Assembly: GCA_964434715.1 (NCBI GenBank) | Contig: CAYSWC010000002.1 | Span: 10,609-74,608, forward strand | Length of the DNA stretch: 64,000 nt | Origin: an uncultured Candidatus Saccharibacteria bacterium | GTDB lineage: Bacteria; Patescibacteriota; Minisyncoccia; UBA6257; 1-14-0-10-40-38 | Reading direction: 5' to 3' | Shown: in pieces, positions 53,744 to 61,721 of the stretch | Layout: each line of letters starts with the position of its first letter | Numbering within the stretch: position 1 is the stretch's first letter | Notes under the pieces: generated by a model | Told to the model about the DNA's origin: nothing | Database searches by the model: none | The model's input: the letters and a program-made list of their open reading frames with translations, nothing else | Position numbers and translations under genes: made by a program

Positions 53744-53783
53744 AAATCTCTTATTCTAATGTTCTTAAAAACATTAGAATGAT
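53741..53783 (-). repeat. array-associated hairpin element, copy 1
   Basis: cataaatctcttattctaatgttcttaaaaacattagaatgat, between the paralog 6 stop and the paralog 5 start codon (included). Confidence 0.8.
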
Positions 53784-53786
53784 TAC

Positions 53787-55535
53787 TTAGACTACTTCGG
53801 CGTTATAACACGCTTCGCAGTAGATAATTTCTGGACGGTCGGGAGCATAAGCGGTTTCAAATTCGTTGGGGCAATGATTTTGGCCGTGAAAATGAGAAAC
53901 GGTATTTTTATAAACACTCCCCTCTTTTCTCTTTTCACTTTCCTCTCCATTACAAAGGCAAGCGCGGTGCCAAAGTTTCCTCGGCGGCCGGAGGGCAATT
54001 TTTCTAAGATACCGGCAATGAGGACATAATCTTGGAATCGGGGCGTTAAATCGCCGGTAAAGATCAAGTTCGGGTTTGACGACATTGTAATTCCGGCCGC
54101 ACTCGATACAGGCGAGCGCCTGATCAACAATTGAATCAGGCACGTCTTTAATGTTGTCGGGAATATCTGCCGGCTTTAAAGTTTCTTTACCAAAAGTTCC
54201 GGGGACGCGATCCTCCCATTTCAAGCCCAGTTTCAAAGCCGCCTCTTTTTTAAGCGGCATATAAATTTGCCCTTGAGTTTCGTTATAGCCAAAAGGAGAA
54301 AGTTGGGGCGGAAAAAATTCGCCATACTCCCCGGTTTTCTTCATCTGTTCAATGATTTTCTCTTTTAAAGCCAGATAATCAGTCTCACTATACTTTTTAT
54401 TCAAAATCACATATCGTCCCTGCTTAACCCCAACACAGCCAAAAAGATTTTCACTGTTATGACAGCTGTCGCAGTACATTAAATGAGAATTGTCGTAGCT
54501 TAGATGACTGAAAAGCACATTATAAGAATGGATAAGAGCGTGAGATTCATAGACCAATTCAATCGCAAAACCGTAGTGATACGAATCCATACTATGCTTT
54601 ACATCCGGACAAACAATCCCATATTTAGTGTCTTCGGCTTTATCGGCGTCAAAAACCTGATGAACATTTTTAGAGTCACTGATAACATTACCAGAAACAT
54701 TATTTGATCGTTCAATAATGGCAAACCGATGCAGAGCTTGCTCTTTAATCATGCCGAGATACTTGCCGTATAATTGTTCTCTCTCTTTAAAAGAACCGAG
54801 GTTAAATTCTTTTATTTTTTTAAGATATTCTTCTTTGGAGTACGGCTGATTAAAAAAATAGTAGTTTTTGTTTCGAAGGTTTGATGACATAAAACAGCTA
54901 GAGCATCCGCGGCAATCAAAGCAATAAAAGCAATCAGTGCTGTCGCGAAGCAGTCTTCCATATTGACAATGGTAAATGCGAAATGAATCGGTGCACTCGT
55001 AGCATAACTCTGCGCCTTCGCCGTTCCGATAGATTTCCATTGAATCTCTGGAAGCATTCCAGACGTTGGTGCAGTAAAGAAGATTTTCCGAATCAAAAAT
55101 GCCGAAGCAGAGATAACAGTTGCGGTTATTGCTAGAGTGATTGGTATATTCCGAATTGACGCTGTTTTTGGTTAAAAGGGCGATGCGCGGAACCTGAAGC
55201 TGGAGTTCTTGCCACTGCTCAAAAAACGGCCTTGAAAAATCAAAATCGCGGCCGTAATCCGACCCATTCCACTTGTCCGACCACCAGCAAGGCGGACAAT
55301 AGACTTTATATGGTTTATTGGGCGAGTAAATAGTTACCGTGCTTTTGCCGCAGAGATCACAATTCCGCCGATACAAGACCCGTTCATTCCGCCAAGCATA
55401 CCGCCGCCTTTGCCGGCAATCGGGACACCAAGTCGGCGCCGGCACGCTGATTTTTTCATAGAAAGAAAAGTCGTCCGGAGCGATGGTGAATTCTTGTTTA
55501 CAATTCTCGCAAATCTTTGTTTCCGAACCATCCAT
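53787..55535 (-). CDS. cysteine-rich four-zinc-ribbon protein, array paralog 6 (subtype B)
   Basis: From MDGSETKICENCKQEFTIAPDDFSFYEKISVPAPTWCPDCRQRRR to ...HCPNEFETAYAPDRPEIIYCEACYNAEVV. Confidence 0.8.
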   Translation of the reverse strand: MDGSETKICENCKQEFTIAPDDFSFYEKISVPAPTWCPDCRQRRRYAWRNERVLYRRNCDLCGKSTVTIYSPNKPYKVYCPPCWWSDKWNGSDYGRDFDFSRPFFEQWQELQLQVPRIALLTKNSVNSEYTNHSSNNRNCYLCFGIFDSENLLYCTNVWNASRDSMEIYRNGEGAELCYECTDSFRIYHCQYGRLLRDSTDCFYCFDCRGCSSCFMSSNLRNKNYYFFNQPYSKEEYLKKIKEFNLGSFKEREQLYGKYLGMIKEQALHRFAIIERSNNVSGNVISDSKNVHQVFDADKAEDTKYGIVCPDVKHSMDSYHYGFAIELVYESHALIHSYNVLFSHLSYDNSHLMYCDSCHNSENLFGCVGVKQGRYVILNKKYSETDYLALKEKIIEQMKKTGEYGEFFPPQLSPFGYNETQGQIYMPLKKEAALKLGLKWEDRVPGTFGKETLKPADIPDNIKDVPDSIVDQALACIECGRNYNVVKPELDLYRRFNAPIPRLCPHCRYLRKIALRPPRKLWHRACLCNGEESEKRKEGSVYKNTVSHFHGQNHCPNEFETAYAPDRPEIIYCEACYNAEVV

Positions 55536-55614
55536 ACCCTAATTATACCTTTTTTTTGATTTTAAAAAATCAAAAAAATTCCCCGCTAAGGAGGACTTGA
55601 TAATTATGCTATTT

Positions 55615-55785
55615 TTATCTGTCGGCATCGCCGCCGGCTCCGATCCGATCTTCATAATTGGGGTCTTCTAACTTGCGGATTAGCCGGCGGAGTTTGCTTA
55701 GGCGTGCAAAAAGCTGACACACCATGAGGAATAACCCCATGATGATTAAAATTACGATGATGAGCACCCAAGTGGGTAAAAACAT
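55615..55785 (-). CDS. tiny single-pass membrane protein (56 aa), not in ORF track
   Basis: Hand-translated as MFLPTWVLIIVILIIMGLFLMVCQLFARLSKLRRLIRKLEDPNYEDRIGAGGDADR. Paralogous to 55841-56026. Confidence 0.5.
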   Translation of the reverse strand: MFLPTWVLIIVILIIMGLFLMVCQLFARLSKLRRLIRKLEDPNYEDRIGAGGDADR

Positions 55786-55840
55786 CGTCTTAGTTTAAGC
55801 ATATATTAAATTGTAGAAAAGTCAACCCCGCACCTTGGGC

Positions 55841-56026
55841 CTAATCTATAGCTCCATCCGAGGGTTCTGATTCGGCTTTTCCCCTACCATTCCTAGCTTC
55901 CAGTTCTGTCGCCGCCCTCTCCAAAGCACCCAAAGAGCGGGAAAGCACCATCACTGATACCAGCATAAATAAAGCCAGCAGGCCGCCTATAATCACAACC
56001 CAGGTAGGAATAAAAATAAGGCTCAT
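55841..56026 (-). CDS. tiny single-pass membrane protein (61 aa)
   Basis: MSLIFIPTWVVIIGGLLALFMLVSVMVL... It shares the PTWV-TM-charged tail architecture with the 56-aa neighbour. Confidence 0.5.
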   Translation of the reverse strand: MSLIFIPTWVVIIGGLLALFMLVSVMVLSRSLGALERAATELEARNGRGKAESEPSDGAID

Positions 56027-56082
56027 ATAAGAGAATGTAAATATTATAACGGATAATCTAGAAGAACGTTATTAACAGGCCA

Positions 56083-57600
56083 TTATATGAGGGGTTCTGG
56101 CTCCTTATCTCCTTTACCCTTGCTCTTTTCACCGCCTGCTTCGGCTGTTCCCTCACCCTTAGCCTTGCCTTCAATAATGGCCTTTTCCTGGGCGCTCCGG
56201 AGAATCGTCGCTTCTTCCTCTTGAATCAGTTTTTTAGCGGCATCAGCGGGAATAGTGTATTTCCTACGCGAAGTTTCAATAATATTTTCCCGATAGGATT
56301 TATGATTGGGCGGCAAAACCTTGAGCGTCTCGGCGGAAAACGGATCATAAGTATCGCCGTCAATAGTTATTTTGATATAAAACTCCTGCATGCCCAAATT
56401 AATCATATCTTTAACTTCAAAGATCGGCGCCATCTCGGGAGCGAGCTTTACCGCATCTTCGCCGCCCACTCGGAAAATAATGATACAGCCGGTATTACCC
56501 AAAACCGCGGCCTGCACCCGCGGAATTATCTGCCCGACATATTGGTGAGCGATGGTGAGGCAGAGCGCGTATTTGCGGGCTTCGGAGAGAATATTTTCAA
56601 AAGTCTCGGTAACCAAATTATGAAACTCGTCAACATAAAGATAAAAATCAATGCGCTTGTCCTCGGGCAACGAAGCTCGGGCCATACCGGCTTGCTTGAT
56701 TTTGGTGATAAAGATGGAACCCAAGAAACTGGAATTCTCCTCGCCCAAGCGGCCTTTAGAGAGATTAATGAAAATCAGTTTTTTTTCGTTTATGAGCTTA
56801 TCCAAATCAATCTTGTTTTCCTTCTGGCCGAAAATGTTCCGGAGGAGCGGATCGGATAAGAACTGCCCCAGTTTATTGACGAGCGGGATAATGGCATCAG
56901 TATCAAACTTTTCCGACCAATCGGCAAACTCAATAGCCCAGAAGCGCTTAACCATGTCGTCTTCAATATATTCAACCACCTTTTGACGGTAATTGCGGTC
57001 AGTAAGCATGGAGATCATGCCGCGCATAGTGGCGTGCGGATAATCCAAAAGCGCGAGACAAGTGAAACGAAAGACGTGCTCCAGACGCGGCGTCCAGTTG
57101 GCGCCGAACTGCTTTTCCATTACTTCAATCAGGCCCTGGGTTAATTGATGCTTAAATCCGGGATCAACATTAGCCAACGGATTGAAAGATACCGGATGAG
57201 CCATATCAGTGGGATCAATAATCACCACGTCTTGAATTCTATGCTCGGGAATAAAATTTAAAACAGCGTCAATCACATCGCCGTGGGGATCAATAAAACA
57301 GAGACCATGGCCGTAGGCAATATCCTGACGAATGAAAAGTTCCAAGAGCTTTGATTTGCCGACACCGCTCTTGCCGATGATATAGACATGACGGCGGCGA
57401 TCAACGCGTTTAATGCCGAAAATAAAGCGCTTTTCCTCCAAAGCGGCAATGTAGTTGGTCCGGCCGATAAAAGAAACTTCAACCGGATCAAGGCGGCCGT
57501 AGATGGGCAACTCCGGCGGCGGCGGCGCGTATCTAATTATTTGAACTTTTCCGGCTCGTGGCACTTTCTCAAGATGCCAATAATGCGAATCCAATGCCAA
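56083..57600 (-). CDS. soluble coupling-protein-like (TraD/VirD4/HerA-type) ATPase, paralog 2
   Basis: Collinear with 37744-39531: FGIKRVDRRRHVYIIGKSGVGKSKLL, DPHGD, LYVDEFHNL and TIAHQYVGQI. Lacks the C-terminal zinc ribbon. Confidence 0.65.
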   Translation of the reverse strand: MALDSHYWHLEKVPRAGKVQIIRYAPPPPELPIYGRLDPVEVSFIGRTNYIAALEEKRFIFGIKRVDRRRHVYIIGKSGVGKSKLLELFIRQDIAYGHGLCFIDPHGDVIDAVLNFIPEHRIQDVVIIDPTDMAHPVSFNPLANVDPGFKHQLTQGLIEVMEKQFGANWTPRLEHVFRFTCLALLDYPHATMRGMISMLTDRNYRQKVVEYIEDDMVKRFWAIEFADWSEKFDTDAIIPLVNKLGQFLSDPLLRNIFGQKENKIDLDKLINEKKLIFINLSKGRLGEENSSFLGSIFITKIKQAGMARASLPEDKRIDFYLYVDEFHNLVTETFENILSEARKYALCLTIAHQYVGQIIPRVQAAVLGNTGCIIIFRVGGEDAVKLAPEMAPIFEVKDMINLGMQEFYIKITIDGDTYDPFSAETLKVLPPNHKSYRENIIETSRRKYTIPADAAKKLIQEEEATILRSAQEKAIIEGKAKGEGTAEAGGEKSKGKGDKEPEPLI

Positions 57601-57680
57601 TCTACTAATTGCGAATAACGATTAACCTCATTCGCAATTCGCAAAATTGGCATAAAATTAGCTGATGGGCATCATTTTTT

Positions 57681-58241
57681 TTATTCAATTACTTTTACTT
57701 CCTTAAAAAACGCCTGATAATCCTCTAAAGTTTTCTTATATTCCGAAACTGGCGGGCTGAAATCCGGCGCGTGCACCAAATTGTTGCGGAAGCGGTGCGC
57801 CCGCCAAAGGCGATCCACGGAACGAATCTCCTGCGGCGAAAGTTTCTCCAGCCGATCAGCCATATGCTCGCCGCCCAAACCCAATTGCTTTAAAACATCA
57901 TCGGCAAATTTGTCAGCCTCAATAATCGCCACCTTAAGAGCGTCAGGCGTGGCGGCGGCGGTTCTTCTTAAAATGCCGTTCCAGCGATCACGTAAAACCG
58001 TGTCGCGGAGCGTATAGATCCGTTTTACCGGACCGCGCGTGAGCCGCAGTTTGGGCCGATATTTTAAGGCGGCGAAGTAGACTCCCACAAAAGCGATAAG
58101 CAGGATGCCGTCTAAAACCAAAAAACTGTAACGAGTGGACTGCCAAACGCCGGACCAAAACAGCCGATCGGAAAAAATATCATTGAAATAAAACCCGATA
58201 AAACCGAAAGGGTCGCTCAAAAATTCTACCAAAGAACTCAT
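57681..58241 (-). CDS. membrane protein (one or two TM) with helical cytoplasmic domain
   Basis: 186-aa ORF overlapping the upstream gene by 4 nt. TM YSFLVLDGILLIAFVGVYFAAL. Confidence 0.5.
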   Translation of the reverse strand: MSSLVEFLSDPFGFIGFYFNDIFSDRLFWSGVWQSTRYSFLVLDGILLIAFVGVYFAALKYRPKLRLTRGPVKRIYTLRDTVLRDRWNGILRRTAAATPDALKVAIIEADKFADDVLKQLGLGGEHMADRLEKLSPQEIRSVDRLWRAHRFRNNLVHAPDFSPPVSEYKKTLEDYQAFFKEVKVIE

Positions 58242-59524
58242 TGAAATTTCTCAATTAATTTTTCATCGCCGAAAATGGCCAGCCCGGCCGGCGGACCGGC
58301 TTTGCGGCTCGGCACCCGCGGAATATGAGGCGCGGTCAAAACCATCGCGGTTGGTGGATGATAAACTGTGGCCAGACACTCGGTATTGATTTTGAAGCGT
58401 CTGGAGGCGAAATTCCAGTTCAGGAAATAGGCGCTCATAAATCTACCCATAACAGACTGGGGAGGAATATGGCGTAATTTATATTCGTAGAATAAACGCT
58501 GCTTTCGGTAGAGATTGCGTCTTACCGGAAAAAAATAAGGAAAAAACCAAAACATAGTTCTGGTCGAGATCGTATAATTCTGTCGGAATCTATTTAAATT
58601 CAGGGCGGCGTATTGGTTAAAAGAGCCGGTGATGGCGCGGCGGGCAAAACTGTCGTAGAAAATTTGTTTCGGCGATAGATAAACAAAACGAATGAGCGTG
58701 TCAAAGGCGGGTTTCGAAAGATTGTTTTCTACTGCTTTCAAAATATCAATTTCACCGGGCGAGCGGGCAATCATCTTGGCAAAACTCGCGAATTGTCCTT
58801 CTTCTCCTCCCTTAATTTCCTCTTTTTTAATTTTTGGCTCTTTGAGTTTTTCCACTAAATTATGGAATTCGTCTCGCCAGCGATAATCCGCCGGCGCGAT
58901 TAAAATCTGAATAGCCACCATTTCCTCTTTTTTGACTTTGCCCAAAACTTCCAAAAAAGCCGAAATGGGATCAATTTCTTTATTTTCGTCGGGGGACTCA
59001 AATTCGTGATAGGTTTTGATTGGGTAAGCTGAAGGTTTATCTAAAAGCATTTCGCTTCCCCACATGTCATAACCTAATTGATCCAGCTCTTTTACCGTAT
59101 CGGGAATTTTATCCACATAATCCTCAACTTCCACCAGTTCAAGATCAGGGTATTGAGAGAAAAAAGCGGCTTCAACCAATCCTTTCTGCCTGAAATAACA
59201 GCGGACGTAAAAATGGGTTTCGCCGCCAAAGCTAACCAGTTCCAGACTATACCAGCGGGTAACCTCGCCGGCCCAATACCATTCCCACAAATTGTTCGGG
59301 GTATTCCGTAACGAGTGAATGGCGGCCAAAACCTGCTCCATGCCATAGGGACTATTTTGAATTTCGCGGGGAATACGAATCTCTAAAAGCACCCATTTGA
59401 AAATTTTATAGATAGACTGCCGCCAGAACATCCAGGTCGAACGGAATAAGCCGTAGAGAATGCCGGCGGCAATCAAAGGCCAAACCTCAAGCCAAGCGAC
59501 GTTGACGTAATACCAAAACCTCAT
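58238..59524 (-). CDS. membrane-anchored hypothetical protein (428 aa)
   Basis: N-terminal TM (VAWLEVWPLIAAGILYGLF) followed by a Trp/Tyr-rich soluble domain. No recognised motif. Translationally coupled to the next gene. Confidence 0.5.
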   Translation of the reverse strand: MRFWYYVNVAWLEVWPLIAAGILYGLFRSTWMFWRQSIYKIFKWVLLEIRIPREIQNSPYGMEQVLAAIHSLRNTPNNLWEWYWAGEVTRWYSLELVSFGGETHFYVRCYFRQKGLVEAAFFSQYPDLELVEVEDYVDKIPDTVKELDQLGYDMWGSEMLLDKPSAYPIKTYHEFESPDENKEIDPISAFLEVLGKVKKEEMVAIQILIAPADYRWRDEFHNLVEKLKEPKIKKEEIKGGEEGQFASFAKMIARSPGEIDILKAVENNLSKPAFDTLIRFVYLSPKQIFYDSFARRAITGSFNQYAALNLNRFRQNYTISTRTMFWFFPYFFPVRRNLYRKQRLFYEYKLRHIPPQSVMGRFMSAYFLNWNFASRRFKINTECLATVYHPPTAMVLTAPHIPRVPSRKAGPPAGLAIFGDEKLIEKFQ

Positions 59525-59580
59525 AGCTCTAATTATAGCTAAGAAAAGAAAGAGATAAAAGAGGCAAGAAGTAAGAGGGC

Positions 59581-60648
59581 TTAAGCCTCGCGGAGCGAGT
59601 AGCGGCCGTCGGGAAGTGACGCAAAATGCTTGCGGTTCTGGAGGTTAATCAGGACGGTTGCGTCCTTGATAAAGCGCTGTTCCTTAACCAACTCTATAAT
59701 CCGGCGCGAGGGCATGGGTCCATGCTTTTCCAAAAGATGGGCAATAATCTCGCGGGCGGTGCCGGGGACAAAGCCGTGCTCGCGGAGCGCGTAAAGACCT
59801 CGGCCCACCAAAACAAACCGCTCATCTTTAATAACTTCATTATGGATAGTCTGCAAATTAGTCCGCCGATCCTTGCGATGCTCACTGATAATCTTTGAAA
59901 GCTCGCTGAAGTGAAGCGGTTTCTTTTCTCTTTTTAAAATCAGATAAGCCCAGTCGCGGGCGGTTATGGGATTGACTTCCGCCCAGGTAAGGAGACCGAA
60001 ATCGCCAAAAGGACCGGTGCCGAACTTTTTGGAAACTCCCAAGAAACTGCGCGCCACCGCTTCTTTAACATTCAGATTTTTGGCGACAGTTTTAAAAACG
60101 CTCTCAAACTTTTTCTCCTTTAAAACTTCATCGCGGCGGCCCCCAAGGACGTGAACCAGCCGACCTAGAAAGGCCTGAGCGCGTTTTTTGTCGTCGTGAG
60201 TGAGATAAAAATAAGGATGCCAGTCGCGTTCCAAAGGATCGTGAAACTGGGAAACTCTGCCGGACAACTCCAAAATAAACTTGGCGGCCGAGGAAAATTC
60301 GGCCAGCCCGCCTCCATCTCGCAATAACTTTCGGAGATTTTCCAAATACTGATCTTCTCTCTCTACTCCGCCCTGACTTTTTAAGTGACTGACGGCTTTT
60401 TGGACGAAAGATTTAAAATAGGGAGCTTGACGCTTTTTTCGGAGCGAACCCAAAGCTCCGGCCTCAATCTGCCGGACTCGTTCTCGGGTAATGCCGTAAC
60501 GATCGCCGATGGCCTGAAGCGTGAGCCCCTGGCCGCCGTCTAAGCCATAGCGGGCGCGAATCACCTCGCCTTCACGGCCGTCCAAACCCGTTAAAAACTC
60601 CTTAATAAAGGCGCCGACATTATTAAAATTGACCTTGGTGCTTGGCAT
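59581..60648 (-). CDS. sigma-70 region 4 HTH protein with C-terminal HARE-HTH-like domains
   Basis: REGEVIRARYGLDGGQGLTLQAIGDRYGITRERVRQIEAGAL matches sigma region 4. The C-terminal LHFSELSKIISEH...FVLVGRGLYALREHG resembles the HARE-HTH/RpoE-delta N-domain. Confidence 0.65.
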   Translation of the reverse strand: MPSTKVNFNNVGAFIKEFLTGLDGREGEVIRARYGLDGGQGLTLQAIGDRYGITRERVRQIEAGALGSLRKKRQAPYFKSFVQKAVSHLKSQGGVEREDQYLENLRKLLRDGGGLAEFSSAAKFILELSGRVSQFHDPLERDWHPYFYLTHDDKKRAQAFLGRLVHVLGGRRDEVLKEKKFESVFKTVAKNLNVKEAVARSFLGVSKKFGTGPFGDFGLLTWAEVNPITARDWAYLILKREKKPLHFSELSKIISEHRKDRRTNLQTIHNEVIKDERFVLVGRGLYALREHGFVPGTAREIIAHLLEKHGPMPSRRIIELVKEQRFIKDATVLINLQNRKHFASLPDGRYSLREA

Positions 60649-60716
60649 AGAATTAAACTAGATTTATTCGACTCTTTAAGCTTATCACCTTATTATATTC
60701 TTGTCAACTAAAAGGG

Positions 60717-61628
60717 TCAAGACCGCTTTCTCCACAGGGTTAATAGGGGGCTGGCTACGAAAATTGACGAATAAGTGCCGACAATAGTGCCTATACCGAT
60801 AGTCAGAACAAAATAACCAAGATTCGGGGCTCCTAAAAAGTAAAGCGCTATCAAAACTAGAATCAGGGTGAGCGAGGTATTGATGGAACGGGCCATGGTC
60901 TGATTGACGCTGTTATTGACCAGCGTATTAAAATCGGTTTTGCCGCCGAATCCGGAAACCCGGAGATGCTCTCGAATCCGGTCAAAAACCACAATGGTGT
61001 CATGGACAGAAAAACCCATAACCACCAAAATAGCCACGATGAAATTGGTGTCCATTTCAACATTTAAGAAGCGGCCGAGCAAAGCAAAAAGTCCGGCTGG
61101 GATTAAAGCATCATGAAATAAAGTAACGAGCGTTATCACTCCGTACTTCCAAGAAGAGACTGGCCGCGAGACTTTTCTAAAAGCAAAAGCAATGTAAAGC
61201 GAGATGGCCAGAAGCACTAAAACAAATGCCCAAATGGCTCGGCGGCGGAGTTCACCTCCCACCGCGGCGCCGATAGTTTCGAAACGCAGTTCTTCCGCCG
61301 CTCCCAGTTCGGTCTTAATTTGTTCAAGATATTTTTGGTGATCGGCTTCGCTCACCTCGAGCGTCCGAATCAGGAAACTCCCGCCGCCCTCGGTGGTGAT
61401 AATGGCGTCCTCACGCTGAAGTTTAGTTTTTAGAGATTCAGCCAAGGTCTCACGGCTAATTGCGGAATCAGAAAATTTAATCTGCCATAAAGTGCCGCCT
61501 ACAAAATCAATCCCCGGCCTAAAGCCGAAAACTGCGATAACAATGACACTGGCTATGACCAAGAGTCCAGAGATTGATAGAAAGACACGTTTATGGCCAA
61601 TTACATTAATCATAAATCCAAATGCCAA
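60717..61628 (-). CDS. secF: protein translocase subunit SecF
   Basis: GIDFVGGTLWQI and a six-TM SecF topology. Adjacent to secD. Confidence 0.85.
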   Translation of the reverse strand: MAFGFMINVIGHKRVFLSISGLLVIASVIVIAVFGFRPGIDFVGGTLWQIKFSDSAISRETLAESLKTKLQREDAIITTEGGGSFLIRTLEVSEADHQKYLEQIKTELGAAEELRFETIGAAVGGELRRRAIWAFVLVLLAISLYIAFAFRKVSRPVSSWKYGVITLVTLFHDALIPAGLFALLGRFLNVEMDTNFIVAILVVMGFSVHDTIVVFDRIREHLRVSGFGGKTDFNTLVNNSVNQTMARSINTSLTLILVLIALYFLGAPNLGYFVLTIGIGTIVGTYSSIFVASPLLTLWRKRS

Positions 61629-61721
61629 AATCCAAATTCCAAATCAAACTCAAAACCTAAAATCCAAAACATTTGAACTTTAGACTTTGGATTTGATTTG
61701 ACATTTGAGCTTTGAAATTTG

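Noticed and set aside
41752-55535. Considered whether the paralog array is the variable-protein target of a diversity-generating retroelement, or a CRISPR-like or transposon-driven structure.
   Set aside because: There is no reverse transcriptase, template/variable repeat pair, cas gene, transposase or regular short repeat-spacer pattern anywhere in the window.
55536-55550. TATAAT hexamer 6 nt upstream of the paralog 6 ATG, suggesting a leaderless transcript.
   Set aside because: There is no convincing -35 at proper spacing, and the region is almost pure A/T, where TATAAT arises easily. It is kept only as a remark.
55590-55671. Plus-strand AAGGAGGA followed 11 nt later by a 21-codon ORF (MLFLSVGIAAGSDPIFIIGVF), antisense to the small membrane gene.
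   Set aside because: A single SD-like octamer is expected by chance at this sequence length. The spacing is long, the ORF is tiny and antisense to a better-supported gene, and there is no paralog support.
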